DNA of 64,000 bases from NCBI GenBank assembly GCA_039798785.1, contig JBDKFG010000021.1:1-64000 (forward strand). Reading direction: 5' to 3'. A model generated the notes under the pieces. The model did no database searches. It saw nothing but the letters and a program-made list of their open reading frames with translations, and was not told the DNA's origin. This document shows positions 50,801-59,481 of this stretch, in pieces (the stretch's first letter is position 1; every line of letters begins with the position of its first letter). The position numbers were made by a program, and so were the translations under genes. Origin of the DNA: Verrucomicrobiota bacterium (lineage in GTDB: Bacteria; Verrucomicrobiota; Lentisphaeria; Lentisphaerales; Lentisphaeraceae).

Positions 50801-53800
50801 TCCCGTCCCGGCGTCATGCTCGCCCGCCCCGGACTGCTGCTCAACCCACGTCAGATCGAGGATCTTGCCGAAGGGGACACCCCCCTCATTTCACGCTTCG
50901 GCGGCAGGGCCTGCTGCGGCCGGGCAGGAATGGTCAGCCGCTACGGCGGCAACGCCCGCGTCTCGCGTCCCCTGCTGCCGCCCTCGCGGGGCAGCTGTCC
51001 TCTCGCCTATGCGGCGGAGACGCCCTGGCTGCGCGACTTCCTTCCCGATGCCCAGGGGCGCATCCGCATCCCCCTCGCCGAGCTGGGCTCGCGCAACCTG
51101 CTGAGCCTCGCCTGTTCCGGTCCGGACGCCGCGTGGAGCCGCGAGCTGGCCCTGCCGCGCCGCGATCTTCTCCGCCGCGATCTGCGCCTGAAGGCGGGGC
51201 TGGATCCGGCGAAGCGCTATGGCGAGCATCGCGAGCTGCGCCTTGTCGCCGCCGGAGAGGCGGTGCAGATCAGTCCCGTCGGCGGCTCGCGATCGGCGCA
51301 TTTCGGCAGCCTGCAAGAGCTGTGGAAGCAGCTCGCCCGGCAGGCCGGACCCGAGCTGGCGGAGTTCGAGCCACTCTTGCGCTGGCCTCAGCTCGACGAC
51401 ACCGCCAAGCTCGAGTTCTATCGCGGCCACGCCTGCCACGAAGTCCACTTCTTCCTCTCCCGCCGCGACCACGAATTCTTCGCCAAGCACATCCGCCCCT
51501 TCCTCGCCAACCTCCTCCATCCCGACTTCGTCGACCAGGCCCTCCTCGGCGCCGATTTGCGCCCCTGGCTCGCCCCCGAGAGCTTCGCCCGGCTCAATCC
51601 CTTCGAGAAGGGACTGCTGGCCCGATCCCTCAAGGACCCAGGTCTGAAGCGCCTGCTGCAGGAGGAGCGGAGCGACTCCACCGACCTGTTCGACCAGGAC
51701 GAGTTCTTCCAGGGCCTGCTGAGCCGCGCCGAGACCATCGAAGCGTCCTCCGATCCTGTGCCTCCTCCTCCGCCCCCTCCGCCGCCTGACATCCCGCCCC
51801 AGGTTCCGGACGAGGCCGAAAACGAGTTGAAGAAGGATCTGGCCCAGCGACTGGCGGGCGGTCCCAGGCTCTATGCCGAGCCCGGCCCGGTGCGCCCCTG
51901 GATCGAGGCCGGCTACTGGAGGCGACTCGAGCGCCACAGCGGGATCAACAGCGCCGAGGCCCTGTGGATCGACTACGCCGCCGCCGAGGAGGGCAAACCC
52001 TTCTTTTCCCCGGGGCTGCTCAGTTGCGGCGACTGCAACTCGGCCCTCCTCGCCCTCGCCGTTTCCGACCTGCCCTTCGAGGCGCCGCAGCCGCATATCC
52101 ATGAAGACCTCCTGACGCCGGCTTCGCCCCTGATCTTCGCGCAATCCGCACTGCGCGTCGACGACAGGCCGGCCCAGGAATTCCCCGTCCTGGTCAGCTA
52201 TGCCACCGTCGACGGAAACGAGCGCCGCCCCCATCAAGGCTCCTTCGCCCGCGGCATCGTCTACGCCGCCAAGGTGCGGGTCAACAACCTGAGTGAAGAG
52301 GCGGCCAAGCTCAGCCTGCTGATGCAGATCCCGGCCGGCGCCCTCGCCCTCGGCGAAGCCACGTCCCTTGAGGCCCTCGAGATCCCCGCATTTTCAAGCG
52401 CACAACGGGAAATCCTCTTCTACTTCCCCGAGGCCGGCGACTTCCACGGCGTCCACGCCGAAGTCAGCCGCGCCGGCAAGGTGATAGGCTACAGCGAGCC
52501 GCCCCGCCTGCAGGCCCTGGAAACGGCGCCGCCCGCGCCTCTCGACACCTGGAGCCGCATCGCCGAGGCCGGCAGCCCGGAGCAGATCCTGCAGTGGCTG
52601 CGCGACAAGCCGCTCAAGGGCGAGGACCTCTCCCTCTGCGCCCACCTGATGAAGGAGCGCAAGCACTATCTCCAGGTGCTGGAAATCCTGCGCCTGCGCC
52701 ATCGCTTCGATTCCGTCCTGTGGAGCTACTCCCTCTTCCACGACGACTTCCCGGCCCTCGGCGAATTCCTCGCCTCCGGCCCCCTGGCCGAGGCCGCCGC
52801 GCCCTTCTTCAGCTCGGAGATCCTCAAGGTCGATGCGATGCGCTCGGGCGACTACCGGCACCGCGACTTCCTGCCCTTGATCCATCCCCGCAGCTTCGGC
52901 AAGAAACGCCTCGCCGACGAGGGTCTGCGCAAGCAGTACCAGGAGCTTCTCGAAGTGCTGCGGTACAAACCCGAGCTCAACGCCGAGGACCACCTCGAGC
53001 TCGCCTACTACCTGCTCCTCCAGGACCGCTTCACCGAAGCGGCCGAGGAGCTCGCCCTCGCCCCCCGCTTCAAGCTCTCGGCCAGGATCCAGCGCGACGC
53101 CCTCGAGTGCTACCTCCTCTTCGCCCAGGAGAAGCCGCAGGAGGCCGCCAAGATCGCCGCCGCCTACGAGCACTACGCCATCCCCCATTGGCGCGAGCAC
53201 TTTGCCGAAGTCACGCGCCAGGCCGCCGAGATCGCCAGCGGCGCCACCCTCGCCGGCGACAAGGATCCGGCGCCCCTCGCCCCCGCCCTCAGCTGCGAGC
53301 TTCGCGCCGGAGTGCTCCGCGCCGACACCGCCAATCTCAAGGAGCTCAGGATCGAAGCGCACCCCGTCGACGTCGAGACCCTCTTCTCCCGCACTCCCTT
53401 CCAGCTTCTCGGAAGCCTGGGCGGCGGCGCCCCCCTGACCGCGCCCGCCGCCGTCTTCAGCGCCAGCCCCGACGCCCAGGGCAAGCTCAGCTTCGCGCTG
53501 CCGGAAAAATGGAGCCAGGTGCCCCTGCTCCTCCAGGTCAGCGGCGGCGGACGCCGCGAAACCCTCAGCCAGCTGCCGCATTCCTTCAGCACCCGCCTCG
53601 CCGCCTCGCAGGGACAGCTCCAGGTGCTCGACGCCGCCGGCAAGGGCCTGGGCAAGGTCTACGTCAAGGTCTACGCCCGCCGCGGCGGCCAGGCAGTCTT
53701 CCACAAGGACGGCTTCACCGACCTGCGCGGCCGCTTCGACTACGCCTCCCTCAACACCAGTCTCGAAGGCATCGACGCCTTCGCCATTCTCGTCCTCGGC

Positions 53801-53848
53801 GGCAAGGAGGGCGCCGCAGTACTCGAGGCCAAGCCGCCGCAGAGGTGA
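47807..53848 (+). CDS. Giant secreted protein (2013 aa), alpha-2-macroglobulin-like architecture suspected
   Basis: Signal peptide; MG-like PGLYAVDL...D.GLPVAGAVV...TDAQG; Pro9 tract; C-terminal VYVKVY...KDGFTDLRGRFDY. Confidence 0.8.
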   Translation: MRFLFLPALLQLALAASVQAENEQAPFDEDFVRHREAALKRLSPGTDEAFFYRVLEAQMRGDLTRSATLLEEWEKRESSDARVAKMKDRQLLLVYARDPKKGRAALQERLELNFDHERPEPATAAVAPPGGAAKPCAAAEPASGKSEGLPVDFWNRDKALDAMKENYAESLAQNHLPLLAGRKLGDKDRTWLLQQLAFCRRSDFPGLLNLIAEDMAAKPELKQERTDHFGCRAIDLQLSSAQLIELGRLRPELQDDRAWAAAVVRHQLAAGGSGAEHVAAVEKALAFARPLPDSQNNLKASLLLELILCRERRGETSAELLEEYLALPRPGVWNLKKAERSAWQVNADENVCDLPSPSRYEDALIRRQLLQLFAAGAKTGVSDPRRDPAAQRFLKHIELEQLLPLYAEARLGGGCPDPDAAAKLLDHAALKTLEERVLLELLPDNPAEIAARAVPELHLVVRNAPELLMRIYKLDAAACCRTGADSRIDLEGLQPASQKSVKLDPKPMLRQELRLKLDEIEEPGLYAVDLIAGDAKSRAFIRKGSLGGFVRDSAAGQTLSVFDDEGLPVAGAVVELGEVEFLTDAQGQASLPFLTGAAQTGEAEVLIRKGPLATRLKLERHAESPELKGSFDLPGTLIPGRANPLLFSARLEVNGAAADLSLLKNLKLRIIEGPKDGERSRLLECPGFDARGQLALQIPLPADFTTARVEVSGEYSLLDGARKILSASVTLNHSGERQSIHALAFRRDGERVLLEMRGANGEACPGERIELEFSGIPWSRRELRLHTDAQGLVDLGVLPPHLAVRASWGRVEAGYLSRPAQTCSYPNERHLLEGEDLQLPLPEGCEWKPALFRVAEGLVLEDLSPVLKIEGAQLRISGLPPGDYEFHPGTLQTMKLKIHPGRRHGQLIASSRGCTRSPAPAALPQLISFRIEGEALVLQCQGPARPIRIGAGWESTPLSLPDWPQSLSTGFPAALSEYRDGGHVDEEQLYIFERSRQPSRPGVMLARPGLLLNPRQIEDLAEGDTPLISRFGGRACCGRAGMVSRYGGNARVSRPLLPPSRGSCPLAYAAETPWLRDFLPDAQGRIRIPLAELGSRNLLSLACSGPDAAWSRELALPRRDLLRRDLRLKAGLDPAKRYGEHRELRLVAAGEAVQISPVGGSRSAHFGSLQELWKQLARQAGPELAEFEPLLRWPQLDDTAKLEFYRGHACHEVHFFLSRRDHEFFAKHIRPFLANLLHPDFVDQALLGADLRPWLAPESFARLNPFEKGLLARSLKDPGLKRLLQEERSDSTDLFDQDEFFQGLLSRAETIEASSDPVPPPPPPPPPDIPPQVPDEAENELKKDLAQRLAGGPRLYAEPGPVRPWIEAGYWRRLERHSGINSAEALWIDYAAAEEGKPFFSPGLLSCGDCNSALLALAVSDLPFEAPQPHIHEDLLTPASPLIFAQSALRVDDRPAQEFPVLVSYATVDGNERRPHQGSFARGIVYAAKVRVNNLSEEAAKLSLLMQIPAGALALGEATSLEALEIPAFSSAQREILFYFPEAGDFHGVHAEVSRAGKVIGYSEPPRLQALETAPPAPLDTWSRIAEAGSPEQILQWLRDKPLKGEDLSLCAHLMKERKHYLQVLEILRLRHRFDSVLWSYSLFHDDFPALGEFLASGPLAEAAAPFFSSEILKVDAMRSGDYRHRDFLPLIHPRSFGKKRLADEGLRKQYQELLEVLRYKPELNAEDHLELAYYLLLQDRFTEAAEELALAPRFKLSARIQRDALECYLLFAQEKPQEAAKIAAAYEHYAIPHWREHFAEVTRQAAEIASGATLAGDKDPAPLAPALSCELRAGVLRADTANLKELRIEAHPVDVETLFSRTPFQLLGSLGGGAPLTAPAAVFSASPDAQGKLSFALPEKWSQVPLLLQVSGGGRRETLSQLPHSFSTRLAASQGQLQVLDAAGKGLGKVYVKVYARRGGQAVFHKDGFTDLRGRFDYASLNTSLEGIDAFAILVLGGKEGAAVLEAKPPQR

Positions 53849-53917
53849 ATCGACCTAGTGAATTGGCCAAGGGGGGCTAGATTCCGGTCACCCTTCAGCC
53901 AAGCCCGGTGGTCATTC

Positions 53918-56900
53918 ATGAATGTGCCCGTCTCCCTGCCCGAATTCCGCGCTGCGGTCATGCGTCTACGTCAACTGGTCGCCGAAGGAGACAGCCGGCT
54001 ACGCCGTCTTCACGGCGAACGCGACCGGGCACTGCAAGCCGCCGCCAAGGCGATGTCCGACCGCTGCGACGAAATCCTCGGCCAGGGACAGGAGGAGCTG
54101 GCACGCTTCGAAAAGGAGAACGCCACGCCACGCCGCGAAGCCGCCTTGTCGATGCACCGCCAGCACCTGAAAGATATTCAGAAGACCTTCGAGATCGCCC
54201 GCGACCAGGAGCTCCGGCAGATCGAGCTGGAAGAGGAGCGCCTGCTCGGCGCCGCCGCCACCGCCCTCCGCGAAGAACGCCTCGAGATCGAAGGGACTGC
54301 CGCGGCTCACCGGGCAGGCATCGCCGAGTACGACAAGGGTCATGCCGAGGCCGGCCAGCTCGCTGCCGAGCTCGAAAGCGGCTTCTGGTCGCCGGTCCTG
54401 AAGGCCTGGAAAAAAGAAGCTGAGGCGCCGTCCGTGCCCGAACCGCTGCCGGAACTGGCGCCGGAGCTGGTCTTCTCCGACCTCGCCGGCCGCGTCTGGC
54501 AGATGCGCGAGACGCAAAACCGTCTCCTCGCCTCGGCCTTCTTCCGCCTCGGCGCCCGCTTCCGTCCCGCCCTCGGCCTCGCCCTGGTGATCTTCGCCGC
54601 CGCAGCCCTCGCCATGCTCACCCCGCTCGCTTCGCTCGGCTTCGTCGTCATCGCCCTGGGCGCCGGCCTGCTCTGGCGCGGCCTCTATGCCGCCCGCGTC
54701 GCCGCCCTCGAGCGGGACCGCCTTGAGCTGCTGCCGCGCCTCGAACGCGCCGGCAGTCTCCTCGGCGCGATGAAGGACGATCTGGAAACCGCCCGTGCGG
54801 AAGCTCTTGCCGCCGCCGAGATGCGGGTGAAGCAGCGCGAGAACGACAAGCTCAAGGTCCGCCGCGCCGAGGTCAACGCCCGCATCACCCAGCTTGGCGA
54901 AGAAGCCGACGGCCGCAGCAACGCCGAGCGGCGCCAGCACGACAAGGATCTCGCCGAGATCGAAAGCCACCTGCGCCAGGAAGCCGGCGAGATCGCCAGC
55001 TTCTCCGAGCAGCGCCTCGCCTCGGTCGAAAAAGAGGGCGAAGCCGCCGAGAAGAAGATCAAGGATGAAGCCCAGATCCTGATCTCCGCCGCCGAAACCC
55101 AATGGAACGCCGAATGGGAACGCGCCGTCGCCAGCATCGAAAGCCTGCTCGCCCGCGCCCGCGCCGCGAGCGACGAACACCTGCGTCCCTGGAGAGGCGA
55201 AGCCTGGAAGGACTGGTCGCCGCCCCAGGAAAACACCGGCGCCACCTGCGCCGGCTACCTTGAAGTCGACCTCGCCACCGAAATGGCCTTCAAGGACGAC
55301 ACTCCCCTGCAACGGGTCCGCGACGTCCCCGCCTCGCTCCCGGCCTGTCTCGCCTTCCCGGAACTGCCCTCCCTGGTCGTCGCCACCCGCAACGAAGGAC
55401 GCACGGAAGCCTCCGACCTGGTGCGCAGCACCCTGCTGCGGATGCTCGCCTCCTTCCCCGCCGGCAAGGCCGGACTGGTTCTCATCGACCCGGTCGGCCT
55501 CGGCGAAAGCTTCGCGCCCTTCCTCCGCCTCGCCGACGGCCGCGACGACCTCCTCGGCGGCGGCGTCGCCACCGATTCCCGCGCCATCGACCGCCGTCTC
55601 GACGATCTCGCGGCCCATGTCGAGACGGTGATCCAGAAATACCTGCGCGACGAATACGCCACCCTCGCCGAGTACAATCTCGCCGCCGGCCCCACCGCCG
55701 TCGCCTGCCGCTTCGTCGCCATCGCCGACTTCCCGGCCGGCTTCTCCGACCAGGCCCTCGAGCGCCTCGTGTCCCTGGCCCGCTCCGGGCCGCGCTGCGG
55801 CATCTCGCTGCTCATCCACTGGGACCGCTCCCGTCCCTTGCCGGAGAAATACCCGATGGAGGAGATTCTCGGCAAGGCCCTGGTTTTGGAGCGTCTGCAA
55901 GGTGATTTCAGCCCCGCCAACGGCCTCGGCTTCCTCAATCCCCGATTCCTTGCCGAGGAGCCTGTGCCCGCCGCCCTCGCCAGCTCGATCATCGACCGCA
56001 TCGCCGCCGGCGCCCGCGGCGGCTCCCAGGTGCGCCTCCCCTTCGCCCGCATCAGTCCGGCCCAGCCCTGGCAGGAATCCAGCGCCCGCGAGCTGCGCTC
56101 CCCTCTCGGCCTCAGCGGCGCCAAGCCGATGGAGATGGTGCTCGGCCACGGCACCTCTCAGCACATGCTGGTCGCCGGCAAGACCGGCTCGGGCAAGTCG
56201 ACCCTGCTGCACGCCCTGGTCATCGGACTCTGCCTGCGCCTGCCGCCGTCGGAACTCGAGCTCTATCTGGTCGACTTCAAGAAAGGGGTCGAATTCAAGA
56301 CCTACGCCCGCTGCGGCCTGCCGCACGCCCGGGTGGTGGCGATCGAATCGGAGCGGGAGTTCGGCATCAGCGTCCTGCGCGGCCTCGATGCCGAGCTCGA
56401 CCGCCGCGGCCGCATCTTCCGCGAAGCCGGCGTCGCCGACATGCCGAGCTACCGCAGCGGAGGCCGCAGCCTGCCGCGCCAGCTCCTCGTCGTCGACGAA
56501 TTCCAGGAGCTCTTCTCCGAGGAGGACCGCCTCGCCCAGGAAGCCTCTCTCCTCCTCGACCGCCTCGTCCGCCAGGGCCGCGCCTTCGGCGTCCATGTCA
56601 TCCTCGCCTCACAAACCCTCGCCGGCTCCTACTCCCTGCCCCGCGCCACTCTCGGCCAGATGGCGGTGCGCGTCGCCCTGATGTGCTCCGAAGCCGACTC
56701 GATGCTCATCCTCGCCGAGGACAACAGCGCCGCCCGGCTCCTCGACCGCCCCGGCGAAGCGATTTATAACGAGGCCGCGGGACGCCCCGAATCGAACACC
56801 CCCTTCCAGGCCGCCTGGATCTCCGAAGCCGAACGAGAGGGCGCAGTCGTCAAGATGGCCGCTTTGGCGCGTGAGCGGAACCTCATCTGTCCCGAAACCG

Positions 56901-57724
56901 TCGTCTTCGAAGGCGGCAGCCCGGGCGAACTCGGCCGCAACCGCGAACTCCGCGAAATGCCCCGCGCCCCCGCCGCGCCGCGCTCGCCCCTCGCTCTCCA
57001 CCTCGGCGAGCCCAACGCCATCCGCCCCCACGTCCGCGCCAGCCTCGCCCGCCAGGCCGGCGGCAACCTGCTGATCGCCGGCCAGGACGAGGAGATGCTG
57101 CTGCGGCTCCAATGCGGCCTGCTCTGCTCGCTCGCCGCCCGGCATCGCGCCGAGCCGCTGGAGCTGGTGCTGCTCGACGCCGAATCGCCGGAATGTCCCC
57201 ACCCGGGCCTGCTCGGCGACCTGGCCCGCCGCTTCGGCTTCGCCGCCCGCGAAGCCCGCCACACCGCCGCCGAGATCGCCCGCCTCCATGGCGAGATGCT
57301 GCGCCGCCGCGACGCCGAGGGCCAGTCGCCGCGCCTCGTCCTGGCGGTCAACGGCCTGCAGCGCTTCCGGCTCTTGCGCCAAGACGACGACCTCATCCCC
57401 TCCGACGACGCCCCGCCCACCGCCCGCCAGTTCGGAGAGCTGCTCGCCGGAGGCCCTGAAGTCGGCATTCACATCGTCGTCACCCTCGACACCTTCAGCA
57501 GCTTCACCCGCTGGCTCGGGCGCCGCTCCCTGCGGGAATTCGACCAGCGCGTCCTGCTGCAGATGGCGGCTTCCGACGCCGCCAACCTGGCTGACGGCCC
57601 CGAGGCCTCGCGCCTCGGACCAGCCAACGCCCTGCTCCACTCCGACCAGAAGGCCGGCGGCGGAGAGCGCTTCCGTCCCTATGCCCTGCCGAAAGAGGAC
57701 TTCCTCGCGACGCTGCTGGCCTGA
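53918..57724 (+). CDS. FtsK/SpoIIIE-domain ATPase, EccC/EssC-like (coiled coil, 2 TM, three ATPase-like domains)
   Basis: AGKTGSGKST, DFKKGVEF, VVDEFQELF, QGRAFGVH; degenerate domains 1 and 3. Confidence 0.88.
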   Translation: MNVPVSLPEFRAAVMRLRQLVAEGDSRLRRLHGERDRALQAAAKAMSDRCDEILGQGQEELARFEKENATPRREAALSMHRQHLKDIQKTFEIARDQELRQIELEEERLLGAAATALREERLEIEGTAAAHRAGIAEYDKGHAEAGQLAAELESGFWSPVLKAWKKEAEAPSVPEPLPELAPELVFSDLAGRVWQMRETQNRLLASAFFRLGARFRPALGLALVIFAAAALAMLTPLASLGFVVIALGAGLLWRGLYAARVAALERDRLELLPRLERAGSLLGAMKDDLETARAEALAAAEMRVKQRENDKLKVRRAEVNARITQLGEEADGRSNAERRQHDKDLAEIESHLRQEAGEIASFSEQRLASVEKEGEAAEKKIKDEAQILISAAETQWNAEWERAVASIESLLARARAASDEHLRPWRGEAWKDWSPPQENTGATCAGYLEVDLATEMAFKDDTPLQRVRDVPASLPACLAFPELPSLVVATRNEGRTEASDLVRSTLLRMLASFPAGKAGLVLIDPVGLGESFAPFLRLADGRDDLLGGGVATDSRAIDRRLDDLAAHVETVIQKYLRDEYATLAEYNLAAGPTAVACRFVAIADFPAGFSDQALERLVSLARSGPRCGISLLIHWDRSRPLPEKYPMEEILGKALVLERLQGDFSPANGLGFLNPRFLAEEPVPAALASSIIDRIAAGARGGSQVRLPFARISPAQPWQESSARELRSPLGLSGAKPMEMVLGHGTSQHMLVAGKTGSGKSTLLHALVIGLCLRLPPSELELYLVDFKKGVEFKTYARCGLPHARVVAIESEREFGISVLRGLDAELDRRGRIFREAGVADMPSYRSGGRSLPRQLLVVDEFQELFSEEDRLAQEASLLLDRLVRQGRAFGVHVILASQTLAGSYSLPRATLGQMAVRVALMCSEADSMLILAEDNSAARLLDRPGEAIYNEAAGRPESNTPFQAAWISEAEREGAVVKMAALARERNLICPETVVFEGGSPGELGRNRELREMPRAPAAPRSPLALHLGEPNAIRPHVRASLARQAGGNLLIAGQDEEMLLRLQCGLLCSLAARHRAEPLELVLLDAESPECPHPGLLGDLARRFGFAAREARHTAAEIARLHGEMLRRRDAEGQSPRLVLAVNGLQRFRLLRQDDDLIPSDDAPPTARQFGELLAGGPEVGIHIVVTLDTFSSFTRWLGRRSLREFDQRVLLQMAASDAANLADGPEASRLGPANALLHSDQKAGGGERFRPYALPKEDFLATLLA

Positions 57725-57825
57725 TCGAGGCGACTGTTTCGACTTTTTCCGGTAGCGCTGGCAAGGTTGGCGGGAGGCGCTAATGTTGGCGGCCCCTGCA
57801 ACATCACAACATCAAGAGGTCCATC

Positions 57826-57942
57826 ATGGGTCAGCAACTCCGCAGCCGCAGCAAGCGCGCCGCCCGTGCCCGCTACATCGAGCGCAAGAAAGAAGGCGTC
57901 CGCGCCGCCATCAAGGCCGCCGCGAAAGCCAAGAAGAAGTGA
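57826..57942 (+). CDS. 38-aa basic protein MGQQLRSRSKRAARARYIERKKEGVRAAIKAAAKAKKK
   Basis: GAGG SD, host-like codons, own terminator; absent from the ORF track. Confidence 0.8.
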   Translation: MGQQLRSRSKRAARARYIERKKEGVRAAIKAAAKAKKK

Positions 57943-57963
57943 TTCTTCACGACTTCCAGCAGT

Positions 57964-57997
57964 GAAGCCGGTCCTAGCGGGCCGGCTTCCTGCTTTT
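57964..57997 (+). terminator. Intrinsic terminator
   Basis: gaagccggtcc-tagc-gggccggcttc followed by ctgctttt. Confidence 0.65.
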
Positions 57998-58908
57998 CAA
58001 GCTTGCTGCGCCGCCGCCGGCGGCCTGGCACCCGGCAGCATGAAGCGCAGGGCGAGGAAGAGCAGTGCCGGCAGAAGCAGGAGCGAAGTGAGAAGCAGGC
58101 TGATCTGCCAGCGCTCGGCGGCGATCACCGCGGCCGCCGGCTGGCAGCAGAGCTTCTGGAAAGCCTGGCCTTCCATGCCCGACTGAAGCTCCGTGCAGGA
58201 AAGTCCGGGCCGGCCATCGGCGCGCGACGCTTCCGCGAGTCTGGCGACGAGCCAGCTCTGTTGCTGGCCGATCGCCTCCTTCTCCTGGTTTTCAAGCAGC
58301 CCGACCAGCAGCTCGAGCAGGTGAGGGCGCAATCTCACGTAGAGGGGCGACGCGAGCAGGCCGGGCTGCCGGGCTGCGACCTGCTCCTCCAGCATAGGGA
58401 AGAGCTTTTCCACGCCGGCACGGCTGAGACTGCCAAGATGCTTCTCCAGGACCGCAGAGTCGAGGTGCAGCTCGCCACGCTCGAAGGCGGCGATCGCCGC
58501 CAGGGCCGGAGGCGGCAAGGACTTCGCCTCCCCCAGGCCTTTCAGCCATTCGGGATGCTCCGCCAGAACCAGCGCGGCGCCAATGAACTGGCTCGCCCCG
58601 GCGCTCAGCGGCGCCAGCTTCTCCTTCAAAAACGGCGCCTCATCCAGACGGGTGGCCAGCAGCCTCTCCTCCGCCGCTCGGCAAAAGCCCCAGGCGGCAC
58701 CGGCGAGAATGCCGAGCGCAGCGAAATAAAGCCCCAGCAGGGAAAGCGCAGCAATCCGCCAGCCGCCCGCCAGCCGGGGATGACGCCACAGGCCAAACTT
58801 GAAAAGAGCCGCAAAGAACGCCATGAAGAGAAAGCCGCCAAGTAGCGCGCCAAGCAAAGTGCCGCCCAGCAAGGCGCTGAACCACGTCCGGATCAAATCC
58901 CAAAACAT
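57997..58908 (-). CDS. Hypothetical membrane protein
   Basis: Two N-terminal and one C-terminal hydrophobic segments. Confidence 0.7.
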   Translation of the reverse strand: MFWDLIRTWFSALLGGTLLGALLGGFLFMAFFAALFKFGLWRHPRLAGGWRIAALSLLGLYFAALGILAGAAWGFCRAAEERLLATRLDEAPFLKEKLAPLSAGASQFIGAALVLAEHPEWLKGLGEAKSLPPPALAAIAAFERGELHLDSAVLEKHLGSLSRAGVEKLFPMLEEQVAARQPGLLASPLYVRLRPHLLELLVGLLENQEKEAIGQQQSWLVARLAEASRADGRPGLSCTELQSGMEGQAFQKLCCQPAAAVIAAERWQISLLLTSLLLLPALLFLALRFMLPGARPPAAAQQA

Positions 58909-59020
58909 CCCCGCCCCCCCCTTAAAAGTCCTGGTCGTTTGTAACTCCGGGGCGGCACCGCTGCATAACCCGACGGGAGCCGCGCTTCCAAAGTCTCAGT
59001 CCAAAACATGGAGCCATCCG

Positions 59021-59311
59021 ATGAAAAAACTCTTCCTCTGCGCCATTTTCGCCGCCATCACCGCCGCCGCCACCGCTTCAGACGCCCTCAAGAGCTGGGA
59101 CAAAAACGCCGACGGCAGCCTCGATCCGGCCGAATTCAAAGAAGCCGTCGCCGCCGACGCCAGCTACTCCAAGTTCGACAAGGATGGCAATTCCTCTCTC
59201 GACAAGGATGAACTGAGCGCCGCCATCACCAGCCTGGATGCCGGCAAAAAAGAAGGCAAAAGCAAGAAGGCGAAAAAGGACAAGAAGAAAAAAGACAGGC
59301 AGCAGGCTTGA
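59021..59311 (+). CDS. Small secreted EF-hand protein with Lys-rich tail
   Basis: Signal peptide; DKNADGSLDPAE and DKDGNSSLDKDE loops. Confidence 0.85.
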   Translation: MKKLFLCAIFAAITAAATASDALKSWDKNADGSLDPAEFKEAVAADASYSKFDKDGNSSLDKDELSAAITSLDAGKKEGKSKKAKKDKKKKDRQQA

Positions 59312-59481
59312 TCTTCCGAAAGCTTCCCGGCCGCGGCACTGACGCCGCGGCCGCTTCTTTTCCGCGCGGCCGGGACCACGGAAGCAGCTTGGCGCCATTC
59401 TCCCCCGTACGGGTGGCGGCGGCAGACCGCGCCGTTATGTTAGGCGGAATCCCGCAACCCCGTTCATGGAGATTGACGCAT

